Part shown: piece by piece, positions 12,101-24,479 of the stretch
Numbering within the stretch: the first letter of the stretch is position 1
Layout of the letters: each line of letters opens with the position of its first letter
NCBI GenBank assembly: GCA_012295275.1
Contig: CM022676.1
Coordinates: 13,640,001-13,704,000 of the forward strand
DNA from: Chrysomallon squamiferum
Lineage: Eukaryota; Animalia; Mollusca
DNA: 64,000 nt
Direction: 5' to 3'
Translations under genes and position numbers: made by a program
The notes under the pieces: model-generated
Database searches by the model: none
Told to the model about the DNA's origin: nothing
What the model saw: the letters and a program-made list of their open reading frames with translations, nothing else

Positions 12101-15100
12101 ATGACTCAACACAAGGACAGAAAATGTTTTTTAACATCACCAGTCTCAAAGACAAAACAGTTTATGATGTCAGAATTTCAGCTGAAAACACGAGGTCTTC
12201 AGACAATATGAGCAATTATGTCACCATTCAAGTAATTACAAAAGGTAAACATTATCTATTTTATTAAACACACGATAGAAACTGCCACTCCATCTGTTGC
12301 TATTAAAGGAAGTAAAGATACATTGTTAGTTTCAGAACAGTGATATTATTGTTCATATTCTTTATCAATTACAGTTGTATAAAAAGAAGAATGTTATTTT
12401 ATATGTTATTTATGAGTTACAGTGTTTTAATAAGTAGAATGTTATTTTATATGTTATTTATGAGTTACAGTTTTAGAATAGGAAAATGTTATTATATATG
12501 TTATTTATCAATTACAGTTTTAGAATAGGAAAATGTTATTATATATGTTATTTATCAATATTTATCAATTACATCTTTAGAAGAGCAAAATGGTATTATA
12601 TTTTACAGTTGTTATTTATCTATTACAGCTTTAGAAGAACAGAGTGGTTCTAGTTCTCTGCTTGGTGCAGCTGTAGGAGGAGCTGTTGGTTCTGTGACTG
12701 TCATTGTTGTCATAGTGACACTGATTGTGTTACTTAGAAGACGGGTATTACCAGGATTGTCCACCAAAAAAGGTATGGTTATACAGCTTGTAAACAGAAC
12801 AATTTTTAAAAATGTATTGATTATATTCATTATATGAGAACTCTAATAAATCAGCAAACAAATCTAAGAAACAAAACATCACTTTATTGTGAACTTCTAT
12901 TATTATGTTGATATCACTGACTTGTGACTACATGGCTTGCATGTTGGCATTGTTTTAGTATATATTTTGTGTGTTTTTATGTGATTAATTTTTTCAAATA
13001 GTGATGTCATGCAGATTTTGAAAAAGTTAAGAAAAATAATGTTTTAGCATACTTCTTTTAATATAAAGCCCTACCATGTTTTCTAATCATGTTTTTATTT
13101 TATGTATTTTATTATTTTATATAATTTTAAATAATTTAATACAGTTACTTAAATAAGTGGTATTTGATGTATAATGAAGAAAATAATTATAAAATAAACA
13201 TTATATTATTTGGAATAACTACTGGTTGTTTATTAATCTTGAACCAGTGGATAGAGAAATCTCTTTTTATTTCTTCTTTCCTTTTTAACTAATTTTAGAA
13301 TTTTTTTTTTATTATTGCTGACATTTTTATTCCTGTTAATTTTTTATTTCAGGAGAGGATATTGACATTGCTTTGTGAGTATATTTTCACTATTGTTGTT
13401 GTTGTTAGTGTTATTATTATAAATATTATTAATATTATTACTGTTTTTGTTATTAAAAGGAGATAAGTGAAAATAAAACAAATACATCACCGTAATTTGT
13501 TATTAATTCTCCTGTTATTCTATCTGTAGATGACTATAATAAATAGTTTTTATGTTTGTATCTCTACAGGCATTATTTATGTGCCAATGTAAATTCTTTC
13601 TTTCTTTGTGAGGAACATAATTAGTTAACTTTTATTACTTATTGATGCAACTCACATTCGAACAGTCTTCATTTAGGTATACCAAATGTGTACTTAATAC
13701 TGATTATGATATTATTTAAATGTGCCTTAGGTAACCCATTATAAAACATTTACATGCAGATTATCTGACATAAACAGATAACCTGAATTTGGCCTAGGTA
13801 TTCATTTAAAAACTGAACAGATTCCAGATTTGAACAAAATATAAAACTAAGGAAGTGAAAGCTGACAAATTGTATTTACAAACTGAAATTAAAAAATATG
13901 TGTCAGTCAGACCTCAATACCATTTGTAACATTAATATTATGATAATTTAAAATGAAATTCTACTTGCTATACAGTATGTTTATTTGAACAATCAAATTT
14001 AATAAAATAATGAGACATCTGTAAAAGCTTAGCAATCTTTAAAGAATAAAATTTTGTGTTTCTTATAAAATACCAAATAACATATAATAAAAATTACACA
14101 AACATTCCATTAATTTTCCAGAACATTCCCAACCCTAAGAAATTAGTGTAAAGAAATAGTCGTCTGCTTTTGTGCTCACCTTGTTAAAAGAATAAGCAGA
14201 AATTTTCATCACATTTTATTATGTTTTATCTCTGTTTGACAACTACATATCTGTTTTTTTATCTGGAATTTATACTTAAGTATCATATTTTTAAATTTTT
14301 AAAGAAAGGCATGGTTTTAAAAAAAAAAAAATCTGTTTATTTGTGGATTATTAATGGTAATTATAAAATATTTTTGATTTATTGTTTTACATTCTTATTT
14401 TTGTTTGTGACATTTGTATACTAATCCTGTTCAACTCAAGACAGTCTTATTTTGTGCTGTCATGTAGGATCGATTAAGAACACAAAATAATACACATATG
14501 TATTTCCATTGGACAGAAATCCTGGACATATATTAGTATTAATACAAAATCCATAATTATTGTTAAAGTGATCCATGATTATTTTCTAATGGATTTCACA
14601 AACTTAGAATAAGTGCAGTGACTAAAGAGTGATGTATGTATAAATGATAAGAGAAATGGAATCTACATTCATATGCTGTTGTGTGTTTTACTTCCTATGG
14701 TATAGCACATGCATGATTAGTATTGAACTGATATATATATATTTGCATGCTTTTATTTTTTGAAGATTCTTAATTCATATATATGAAATTTAAAACAATC
14801 TTGCGTGTATGTGAAAAAAATACTCGTAAAGCCATATTTTCATACATTTACTAAAAACTAGTAGCTGTTTAGAATATATTGCAAGGTATAATGATTATAA
14901 AAACAGTAACAGTAATAAAAAGATAGAAAATATTTTTAACATCTTCACAGTTTTATAAAGCTGCAGATAATTAGTTTGCTTATATTGTATAATAACTGAT
15001 TTTTTAAAACATTCTTTCTTTATTAATATTCTATTGTGATATATTGTCCAATTTATACGCTATGGGAAAAAAAATAAAAAATAAAGTTGGAATGTAAACA

Positions 15101-18100
15101 ACATAGCATAACATATATGACATTGTTTGAACATGTTTTTGTTAAATATCCATATTATTTTATAATTTATGCTTTGCCATTTTCATTAATAAAATTTAAT
15201 ATATGTCTTTGTAGAAAATGCTTATTAATTAAATATATCATTTACATGAAGTTTGTGTAAAAAAATTCAAAGGTGTAAATTATTTAGACTGTTTTTTCAA
15301 AAATAAATTTCATTCGATGCATGAAACATTTTAATGAAAATTATTGATTTTAAGTAAAGTAAGCTTTCCTTTTTCTTTCAAAATGATTTAACAATTTATC
15401 CTTTGAAGATTCTTTTGTTTGCTTGTATTTTACTAATTTTACATCCTTCATTTGAAGCCATCTTCTGATATCCCATGCTTTAATTGGACTTAAAAAAGCA
15501 ACCAACAGAATACAAAATTAAAAGATGATAATAATAAATAAAAATAAATACATAATGAAAATAATTTAATAAATAAAGTAATTAAAAAACAAAAGTTTTA
15601 GTTCTAGAACACAATGAATTGTACTAAATGAATCGTGATGACAGATTAAAGAGTCGAGTAATGCCAGGTGTGCATCATAAAAATATCATGTAAAACTAAA
15701 ATACTCCAATCAGGATATGAAACATAATTAACTCGAGAATCCAATAGAAATAAACATTGATCCTGTTTTGGCTTCAGTGTTGGAGGATAATGATTTGTAT
15801 TTCAAGTCTGATGACATAAATGTTTAAAAAAGCAAAGAAAAGAAGAAATGTAATAATATTAATAATGAAATAATTAATAGATAATTCATCTCTTCTGAAT
15901 GTATCAGTAATATTTTGATCATTCCAAATAATTAAATATGTCCAAATAAAGTAATTCTAATTTTAATTTTATTATAAGCTTTACTGTAGCATTGGTTTAT
16001 TTATTTAATTATTTATTTATATTTTTTTTGCAAGATGCTTTATTTTCTTCACAGTTAATATTCCTTCTTTTTTATTTGTTTCCCCTCCAGTGTTGGAAGA
16101 CAATGATTTGTACTTTACATCAAAAGATAACAGTTTAAATAAATCAAGACAATCAGGTATGTATTAGTTTATTTATTAAAAAAAAAATTAAAATAAAAAA
16201 ATAAAAAATAAAATAAAAGTAAAATAAATATTTGTTCTGAGAGTATATAATAATATAAAAGTCAAAATTGTTTTCTTACTGTATATACAGCTCATCAATT
16301 ATTGTTACTGTTAAAAATATGTTAATTTACTTTTAGCCATATTCATATTAAAACAATGCTGTATACAAATAAGTTGAAATATGATAATGAATATGATTTC
16401 CTCTTTGTTTAACTGTTAAAAAAGAGTGAATATTAATGTGTACCCATCATTATCTATCCATCCATTAACTATCAGTTATCTATTTCTGCTATATTTTCCA
16501 GTCTAATTTTGACATGTCTGGTGTATTATTTTAATAATTTTATGATGTAACACTAAAACAACAACAACAACAACAACAATACTACTACTACTACTACTAC
16601 TAATAATAATTGTTATAATAAAGGATACCAACCCACCACCACACCTGAAAACATCTCATACAAGATTTCCTTCCTCAACAATACCAGTGCATATTTGTCT
16701 TTTTGTTTTAACTGTTACAACATTTGGTACATAAATTTTGATTTACTATCACACATTGTTCATTTCAATTTTTTTAATGAAAGAGAGAAACGAACAATAT
16801 CAATAAACAATGAAACAATACTTATAATAATACTAATATTTTAGCTTTTATTGGTTTAAAGAATTACATATTTTCAGAAATGAGATATTTCATATTTATA
16901 ATATACTTTGCTCAAAGAGTCAAGTGTCTGGTGTTGCTAACATTTTTATATTTAATTAAGTAACATTTGTTTAATATGTTGTATTTAATACAGCAGGAAA
17001 TGATTCAAGTCAAACTGATACTCAGCCAAGCACAAGTTCTGGAGTGACAGCTGAGAATCCTGAAAGTCAGTATTCTGTTGTAAAGAAAATAAAGACTGGT
17101 CAGTCTACAGCTAATCAGAGTAAAGAAGGTAATAAAAACAATTAAAACAAATAATAGGAAATAACAGAGAGGGCTGTTTGGGACTTTGGGCATATTATTA
17201 ATGTTGAACTCTACATTTTCTTAGATGTTCTAAATGTGTTGACATCCGGTGATGTCCTGACTGACTTTGCTAAATGCCATCAGTTAGTCATTGTTTAGTA
17301 AACCATGAAATTATAAAGGGACCCAAATTAATTGAAATTTGTAAAGATTTTTGTTTTATAAATATCTCCACACACTTTATATTAAATATTTATTAGGTCA
17401 TCATAACATGTTGTTGTATTTTTTATTTATTTATTTTTTTATCTTCTGCAGTCCATAACCATAATTATTAGTTTCACAGATAAAATTTGTTGACTGCATC
17501 ATTAATAAAAAATCTGCCTTTCTTTGTTTAATCTCTTAATTGTTAGTTAAGAAAAACAGATAACTGTTTTATCAGTTAATGTTACTTCTCCCACAAATTA
17601 CAGGTAAAAAAGGTCAAACAGAATCTGCCAATCAGAAAAAAAAGAAGGAAAAACAAGATTTGACGTTAAAGAAAAATGAAAAAGAAACGAAAAAGAAAGA
17701 AAAAGGTTTGTAAATTGAATAAGTAGGGTTATGTGATGAAGTAATTTACAGTAACTTTTAATAAGTGATATCAAATAGGTCTTTGTAACTTCTGATATCA
17801 TGTCATCCTTCACAGGGAACCTACCCAGGTAGTAGCAACTGACTTGAGATTAGTCACGCGGGCACAGATAGAAACTCATACACTCTCTGACATAATTGAA
17901 TAATACCATAATAAACATAATATTACTTGTCACAACAATCACATCAGAGTTAAACAAAGTGCCAAAAATGTAGTTACCTGCCTGAACTTTAAAGTTTCTC
18001 ATGGACAAAAAATCTCCCCATGTGATTCCATCAGTCTCCCTCCAATAATCTCATTGCTTATGCCAAAGAGTGGAAAAGCCAGGTGACTATGTATTAAGCA

Positions 18101-19548
18101 AGAAGACATACAGTCTTATTTTCAACTAAACACAAAGTATGTTTAATAAACAGACGATAACATCTTGATCAACAACACCTTCTGTGTCAGGGATACATTG
18201 ATGCCAAGTGGCATTACATAATCTAATTAGAGACTAATACACAACATCAGTATAGATACACTCAATAGCTGGTTTTCTTGCAAACATATTAATGTATATC
18301 ATAAATTATTTGTATTTTTATTTGCTGATGATACTGTACTGTTATTAGTAGAAACAGCAGATGATTTACAACATCAACTACACCTTTTAGTAATTTAGAT
18401 ATAATTCAAGACTTCATCTCAAGTTTTGCAAATATATATTATGAGTTAACAAGCTCTATGATTTGTTGTGAATTAGGAAGATATACGATGTTATAAGTGT
18501 TAAAGTAAGAATGATTACATTTTGGACAAAGGTTGTTAACTGTAAAGAGCATAAATTGTCAGGTGTACTGTTCATGTTGTTATCGTATAACCATAGTGTA
18601 AATGCTGTATTAAGTCCTTGGTTATCTTCTATAAAAGCTATATTAGATGAATGTGGTTTATGTAACACATATTCATGAGTGCAAGTGGATGTTTTGTGGT
18701 TAAAACATCCTGATTAACTTGAGTGATCCAAAGTCATTAATTACAGAATGTTTAAAGATGAATTTAAATTAGAACATTATCTGTTAAAGCTGCCAACAAA
18801 AGGATGCTAGAACATTATGTGAATTTAGAACCAGTAACATTAAACTGGTAGATGGTTTAGTATTAAAAGAGAAGTCAGAATGTAATTTATGTCATTCTGA
18901 TACTGGTGATGAATTAACTGTACATCTTTATCTGTTAAGAGAAACAAAATATATACCATATTATTATACACTTAGACCAAATATGGCAAATGCAATTTTC
19001 ATTTTCTAAAACAAAAAAATTACTTTTGAGTTAACTTTCCAGATTGTTACAAATTATCATTCAAAGAGTCATTCTTCTGGGTTAAATTATAATTAATATG
19101 TTTTGTACCACTGTAGAAAATATTATTTAAATTACTGAGAGTTTATATGTTCTCAATACTGTCCATGGCTCTGTCTTCAGAGAAATAAACGTTTTGTCAA
19201 TAGTTATTTTGATCTTCAACATTGCATCTAAAAATGTATTAGTATACCAGTGTTGGATCTTTGCCTTTGCTTTTGAGTATATATATATATATATAGATAT
19301 AGTAGTATGTCTGAAATTTAGGTTCCTTTACATAATTTAGTGTCAAGCTATTGTTTTTTTTTGTTACTGAATTTATTTAATATATATGTATTAATTTTAA
19401 ATATATATGTATGCATGTGTGTGTGTATATATATATATTTAATACAAACATTTTTTATGACAGAATAATAATAATAATAACAATAATAATAATAATACAA
19501 TCATTAAGCAAAATTCCATTTAATTTAATATTCTAGATACACTTTTAC

Positions 19549-19579
<31 letters not shown>

Positions 19580-21284
19580 ATTATTTCTGTAGGAACTGAA
19601 AAGAAAGTGAAGCAAGGACAGAAAGGTTTTATTCAGATAATTTATATTTTAAGAAATGTTCATGTGTGCATGAGATTGTGTGTGTGTGTGTGTTTGTGTG
19701 TGTCTGTGTATGTGTGTGTGTATTTATAATATCACGCAGAAAAAATATTTATATAGTAATCCTTATGGAAAGAAAATATATAAAATTATTTAATACTTTA
19801 TGTCATGTTAGTATTCCATTGTTGTTAATATTATTAGTAGTATTATTACTATTTGTTGTTTATTTTGAAAATGTATTTTGAAAATTGCTTAAGGCTTTAA
19901 ATAAATATTTTAATATTACTACTTATTTCTTGACATGACAGATAGTTACATAGAAACTCTTAATTTCAGTAGTTTTTATTAATGATAATTATAGAAATTT
20001 CTGATGATAAAAACATGGTCTGAAAAGGGAACTATCTGAAGCAAAAATATTTATTTGGAATTTATCAATACATTTATCAATTTATCTGTGATCATATTCC
20101 ATTTGACTCACTAATATGTTACTTTTGTACAGGAGATGTTTATGAAAATGTTGATGCTGTAAGGGATGATGGTACATATGCCAATGCAGTGTTTGAAGGA
20201 AAGGGAGCTACAGGTCAGAATATACAGGTAATAAATCTACATTTATGCACACCATTTATTTATTTAAATATGTATAGAAACAATAAAAAAAATAATTATA
20301 TATATATATATATATATGTATATATTGTTTTTTAAATTAAAAAATAAATAAAATGATGGAATAGACACCTGAATCCATGGTAAATAAAGGATAGTTTTTA
20401 CCAATATTATGCCCAGTAAAAACAGATCTAACAAGACCTTGGAAAACTTTGAGGCCATTGACATTGCGATTGGTTCCAAATATTGAAATTGATGGCAAAG
20501 AAAATGAAAACAAATAAAATAAATGGTTTCCAAAAGATTTAATTTATTTAAAGTTTTGTAAAAAAAAGAAAAAAAAAACAAGAAAAGAAAACAAAAAAAG
20601 TTCAGTCTCTTTATAATGTGAGAGAAAAAAGAAGAAAAATGAGAAAGAAAATCTGTCTCTTTATTAACATCACCTTGACTTTTTTTGAAGGAATGTATAA
20701 ATATTTGCTCAGAATTTGTGTGAATTTGGATAATGTTAAATTGTATTTATTTAATAAATAGATAAATGAGTGTTTTTTTAAAAAGTTAAATTTGTGTGTA
20801 TTAAATAAAAAAGAGTTAATTTTGTATTTTTCATAAAAACAAAATTAATTAAAAAAAAATTATAATTTAAAAAAATTAGGTTTGTGTGTGTTTAAAAAAA
20901 TGTTAAATGTGTGTGTATTTTAAAAAGTTAATCATTTGTGTAATTAAATACAGACAGTCAGTGCTTAGCCATTTTTGAGGTGATAAAGGGGGAAATGATA
21001 TAAAGATGAACGATCTGACTGTAGTCTTAGAATTCAAAGACATTTCTTCAGGGTTTCATATTAAGTAGTTATGTTTTTTGTTCTTTTTGTTTCAGGGAGC
21101 AAAGCATGACCGAGATCAAGATGGTTTGCTGTATGTTGGTATAGATTTCTGTAACACACAACCAAGTAAACAAGTTCACAAAACACAGGACAAAGTGGAG
21201 TACGTCTCCATTGACTGGAACAAGAAAGCAGAACCACTTCCTGATGAAGATGACAAACAAACAGAACCTAAGAGTGAAAAATAA
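5784..21284 (+). CDS. Gene A: multi-Ig + FN3 type I membrane receptor with ITIM-bearing tail (inhibitory type); possibly pseudogene or null allele; leader exon not found in window
   Basis: Exons: 5784-6140, 6335-6595, [7096-7370 frameshifted], 7860-8147, [8533-8811 with TGA], 9293-9580, 9996-10262, 10452-10748, 11603-12244, TM 12629-12772, 16091-16156, 16997-17128, 17604-17705, 19593-19625, 20133-20227, 21096-21284. All junctions are phase 1 except the last (phase 0), and intact exons join in frame. Confidence 0.8.
6335..6595 (+). CDS. Gene A exon: Ig domain D2
   Basis: tag|...|gtgagt, 261 nt; GPDSV...SVDC...CSYSW...LRLTNISRNEAGNIYMC. Confidence 0.85.
7096..7370 (+). pseudogene. Gene A Ig D3 exon copy a, 4-nt deletion frameshift
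   Basis: 275 nt versus 279 nt in copy b and gene B; ttcatttcagg versus ttcatggctaacagg near 7272-7282. Confidence 0.8.
7860..8147 (+). CDS. Gene A Ig D4 exon copy a
   Basis: cag|...|gtaagt, 288 nt open; SLIC...GNPPATFHW...DDNEDKYKC. Confidence 0.8.
8129..8326 (+). repeat. ~47-bp minisatellite made of the D4 exon 3' end plus splice donor
   Basis: Unit cttcaactcaatgtctactgtaagttatacttcaatttaactatcta, about 4-5 degenerate copies. Confidence 0.8.
8533..8811 (+). pseudogene. Gene A Ig D3 exon copy b, in-frame nonsense codon
   Basis: 279 nt with intact splice sites, but GGA>TGA at 8622-8624 (STTG*NPKP versus STTGGNPKP). Confidence 0.8.
9293..9580 (+). CDS. Gene A Ig D4 exon copy b
   Basis: 288 nt open, near-identical to 7860-8147. 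Confidence 0.8.
9562..9845 (+). repeat. Second copy of the ~47-bp donor-site minisatellite
   Basis: Same unit after D4 copy b, about 6 degenerate copies. Confidence 0.8.
9996..10262 (+). CDS. Gene A Ig D5 exon
   Basis: 267 nt; LTLTCTADSNP...W...LKNLSRDNSGSYTC. Confidence 0.85.
10452..10748 (+). CDS. Gene A Ig D6 exon
   Basis: 297 nt; INCSADGRP...SYQDSGTYQC. Confidence 0.85.
11603..12244 (+). CDS. Gene A exon encoding Ig-like D7 plus fibronectin type III domain
   Basis: 642 nt; DDTGTYKLSVCNEVGC, then PPLPP...VFLSW...FILQYK...LKDKTVYDVRISAEN (FN3 W/Y/L pattern). Confidence 0.88.
12350..12640 (+). repeat. ~45-bp minisatellite made of the TM-exon splice acceptor
   Basis: Units like atgttattatatatgttatttatcaattacagttttagaataggaaa resemble the true junction gttatttatctattacag|ctttagaagaacaga. 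Confidence 0.75.
12629..12772 (+). CDS. Gene A transmembrane exon
   Basis: 144 nt, phase 1-1; LLGAAVGGAVGSVTVIVVIVTLIVLL followed by the stop-transfer RRR. Confidence 0.85.
16091..20227 (+). CDS. Gene A internal cytoplasmic-tail exons (16091-16156, 16997-17128, 17604-17705, 19593-19625, 20133-20227)
   Basis: Each has AG/GT ends and keeps the frame: LEDNDLY; ESQYSVV; Lys-rich GKKGQ...KKKEK; GTEKKVKQGQK; DVYENV...TYANA. Confidence 0.7.
18310..19190 (+). mobile_element. Degenerate non-LTR retrotransposon (CR1/L2-group-like) 3' fragment in a gene A intron
   Basis: FADDTVLLLVETADDLQHQL; ELGRY...VKVRMITFW; SPWLSSIKAILDECGL; EFRTSN...CNLCHSDTGDE; ends at aataaa. Confidence 0.7.
21096..21284 (+). 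CDS. Gene A terminal exon with two ITIMs
   Basis: ttcag|GGA phase 0; GLLYVGIDF and KVEYVSIDW both fit (S/I/V/L)xYxx(I/V/L); ends at TAA. Confidence 0.85.
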   Translation, partial: GAKHDRDQDGLLYVGIDFCNTQPSKQVHKTQDKVEYVSIDWNKKAEPLPDEDDKQTEPKSEK

Positions 21285-23389
21285 CTCTTTTTCTACTTAA
21301 TGAGTTATGTTAGGAAACTGTTTATTTTTTACTAACAAACAAATTGCATTCCAGAAATATATGTAAGTAAATATAGTCTTTATACAGTAAATTTTATAGA
21401 TTTGTACTATATATTTACTTTAAATGCAAATATATTTGATCTTTTATATTTATTTTAAAGAGTAGTTATTACTTTGTACTATGCAGTATACACTTCTTTA
21501 AATTTATTTGATTTTATTACTAAAATACTGATCAATTTATTAGAGTGAAACAAAACTAATTCTGAGAAAATGTGATTTGAAGTTTTAATCTTTGTAACAG
21601 AAACCTACTGGTCTTCGTTACATATGCAATATGTTTGAAAAGAAGTTTTTGATAAAAATATACACATGGTTCATTTAGTTAGAATTTTAGAAAAATGTGA
21701 TTCACTAATCATTCTGTAAATGTTTTTCAACAGTTACATTATGTGATGTAGATATTTTGTGCTAACCAGTAATGTATCCACTTTCCCAACAGACATTAAA
21801 AACCTACCAGATGTTAAGTATGGAAAATATACCTTTTAACAAAATCCAGTTATCTGTGTTATAATAATTTATACTATGTGTCAGAATTAATCTGGTTTTG
21901 TTTTTCATTTAAAATAGAAAAGCTGTAAAAGTGAGTTTGATTATTATATCCGTTGTCTTTCAGTTGCAAGTTTTCTAGTCTTTTTTTTACACAGTCAGAC
22001 CCTACTGTTAGCCTTACTTACGTATCTCTAATGCTGATTCAGTAAGCATGTCAATAGTGTTATAGTGATTAGCCATACAAATGACTAATTTTGTTGATTA
22101 ATTTAGTTTTCATTGTATGATTTTGTAAAAGTAAAATATAAAAGTATGTTATTTTCAAACATTTAAATTTTTTACAGTTTCTATTTATACAGTGTATTGA
22201 TGTCTAACAGTGTTTTCTGTGGTCCATGTAATTGGAAGTGTAACAGAATTTCAACTGTATAAGTATTTTATTTATTCCAGCTAAATATAAATGTTTTCTA
22301 TAACTTAGAAAATATATACTTACTTTTTTTGTTAATAATATTTCTGTACTTTAATTTAACATTTAATAAATGTGTGTGTGTGTGTATTTTCTGAGATAGT
22401 AAAAACGTCTGTTGATAATAATTGGAATGCCCATTATTTTTGGATAAATGGAAACTGATAACATGAATAATTTGAATAAAATTACATCATTTTATTGCTA
22501 TTGATAATTAAAAAACCAATGTGTTGATGTTAATTAAAAAAACTTTAAAAACAGCAAACTTCTGTAAAGCTGTTAGAACCTTTGTTATACTAGGTAATAT
22601 TTTCTACAATCAGTAACCTCAAAAAGAATAATATTCATTATATTGTAAAACACTTGAAATGAATTAAAATGTATATTGTTTGCCAGCAGCAAACCTTGTC
22701 TTTTTATTGTCAAATGTACATTATTCATTTTTGACAGTTTTATTTAAAAATGTGTTTATCTGTGAATATTGCTTAATCAGTTATTCAGATCATTGTAAAA
22801 CATTCCATTAACTTTGTTGCATACCATTTTGTTTGTTTACTAAATGCAACACTCCACTAACTCCATGCCTGATTTGAGAAAATAAACAAAACATACATTT
22901 TCATAGATGATATCATACTGCTGTAAATATTCATTACTGCAATTATCTGTGTTGTGAAGAATTAACTGTACTTCGGAATAAGAACATTTTTAGATAATTT
23001 AAAACATGGACTCCAAAATAAAAAAAAAAGCAAAAAACAAACTTGACAGTACAACTAACAGTATTGAAAAATGAAAAACTTAAAATAATAGTGTGTGCTG
23101 TGCCATATGTTCATAATATTTTTATTCATATTTATATTCGAATGATAAACCATACTTACAGTGTTTTTAATGTATACAAATTTTCTGTTATTCTTTTGAT
23201 TACAAATAAATATTTTTTGCTACAACTTTTGTATATCGAATTTTTGGTTAAAAACAAAATAATAGATGTTTATGAAACAAAATGTTCAAGCACTGATATT
23301 AAATAACAAATGAAAAATGTTAAACACACTCCCAGCTAAATGTTTTATTGTAGCATCCCAAATTTTCCAAAGATCTGATTGTAGGCAGA

Positions 23390-24200
23390 GATGTTTTTGG
23401 ACTGGTAGTACCCTCAAAATGTGATATCTCTAATTTGCTAGAAGGATTTGAAGGCAGAGGGTTACAAAAAACTCATATATTTTACAATATACACAGTTAT
23501 TAGCCCATGTAAATTTAAATTCTTTGACAAGTGATATAATATTAGCAATGTTACATTTATTCACAGTGGCACTACTATTCAGAAGGTTTGATGGTTTTTA
23601 TTAGGGTATCAACTTTGGAATGTTTTAGGACCAGTAGTACTTTAAAAATATGGTATCGCTGATTTCAGGGGAGGGTATCAATCACAAACATTTTTCATTT
23701 CACACAAAGAAATAATTGGTTCATGAAAACTGAAAACATTTGCAAAACTGTTTGTTATAGTTTGTATTTATGGCCATTTTGGTTCTCTTTCTGCATTTAT
23801 GCAAATTAGAATGGTTTATTAGAACCTACAACCTACAAGACTGAGATTAAAATTAAATCCATTAATTGATTTACCCAAAGAGACTGTCACTGTTAGAATC
23901 CATTTTGAAAGTGGCCTCTCATGATGATATGTCCATTTTTTGTCTGTAAATATCTGTCCTGCTAAAATTAATTTAATCACGTGCAAATCTATATGGGATA
24001 CATACTTCCTTATTTCATCAGCTAATAATTTCTTTGTGTGAAAGGAAAATTTGTGTATATGATTTCCCTCCTTTCAAATCGTTGTATGTATTTAGTTATA
24101 TCACATTTTGGAGGTACTGATTAGGTATATTGCTAGGATAAAAACCTAATAAAATGAACCATCCAGTGTACTGAATACTGGTGCGACTATACATAAATGC
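23390..24200. mobile_element. Foldback/MITE-like repeat with degenerate inverted arms
   Basis: cacacaaagaaataattggttcatgaaa (~23701) pairs with tttcatcagctaataatttctttgtgtg (~24013); gtaccctcaaaatgtgata (~23407) pairs with tatcacattttggaggtac (~24099). Confidence 0.45.
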
Positions 24201-24479
24201 ATTTGCAGTGATCAAATCTGGTTCAAAATTAAGTTTGGTGGTGGCCATTTTGAAAAATGGCTGCCTTAGATAATCAGTATCAGTTTTTTACACATAGCAT
24301 TGCTAATTGTATTCCTGGAAGACCCAACAAAAAAATTGTGTCACTCATGGAGAATCTGATTATTCATAGTTATTTGCTTCAGTGATTAATAATTGCTCTA
24401 TGTGTATTGTACATTCAGACTAATCAGTCAAGAGTATTTCTAATGTATTGCAGACGTTTTACTGGTTTATCAATAATGA

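Noticed and set aside
5784-21284. Naming A/B as nephrin, hemicentin, Dscam or Siglec orthologues
   Set aside because: Only generic Ig/FN3 similarity is visible and there is no mutually exclusive exon array of Dscam scale; orthology cannot be shown without a search.
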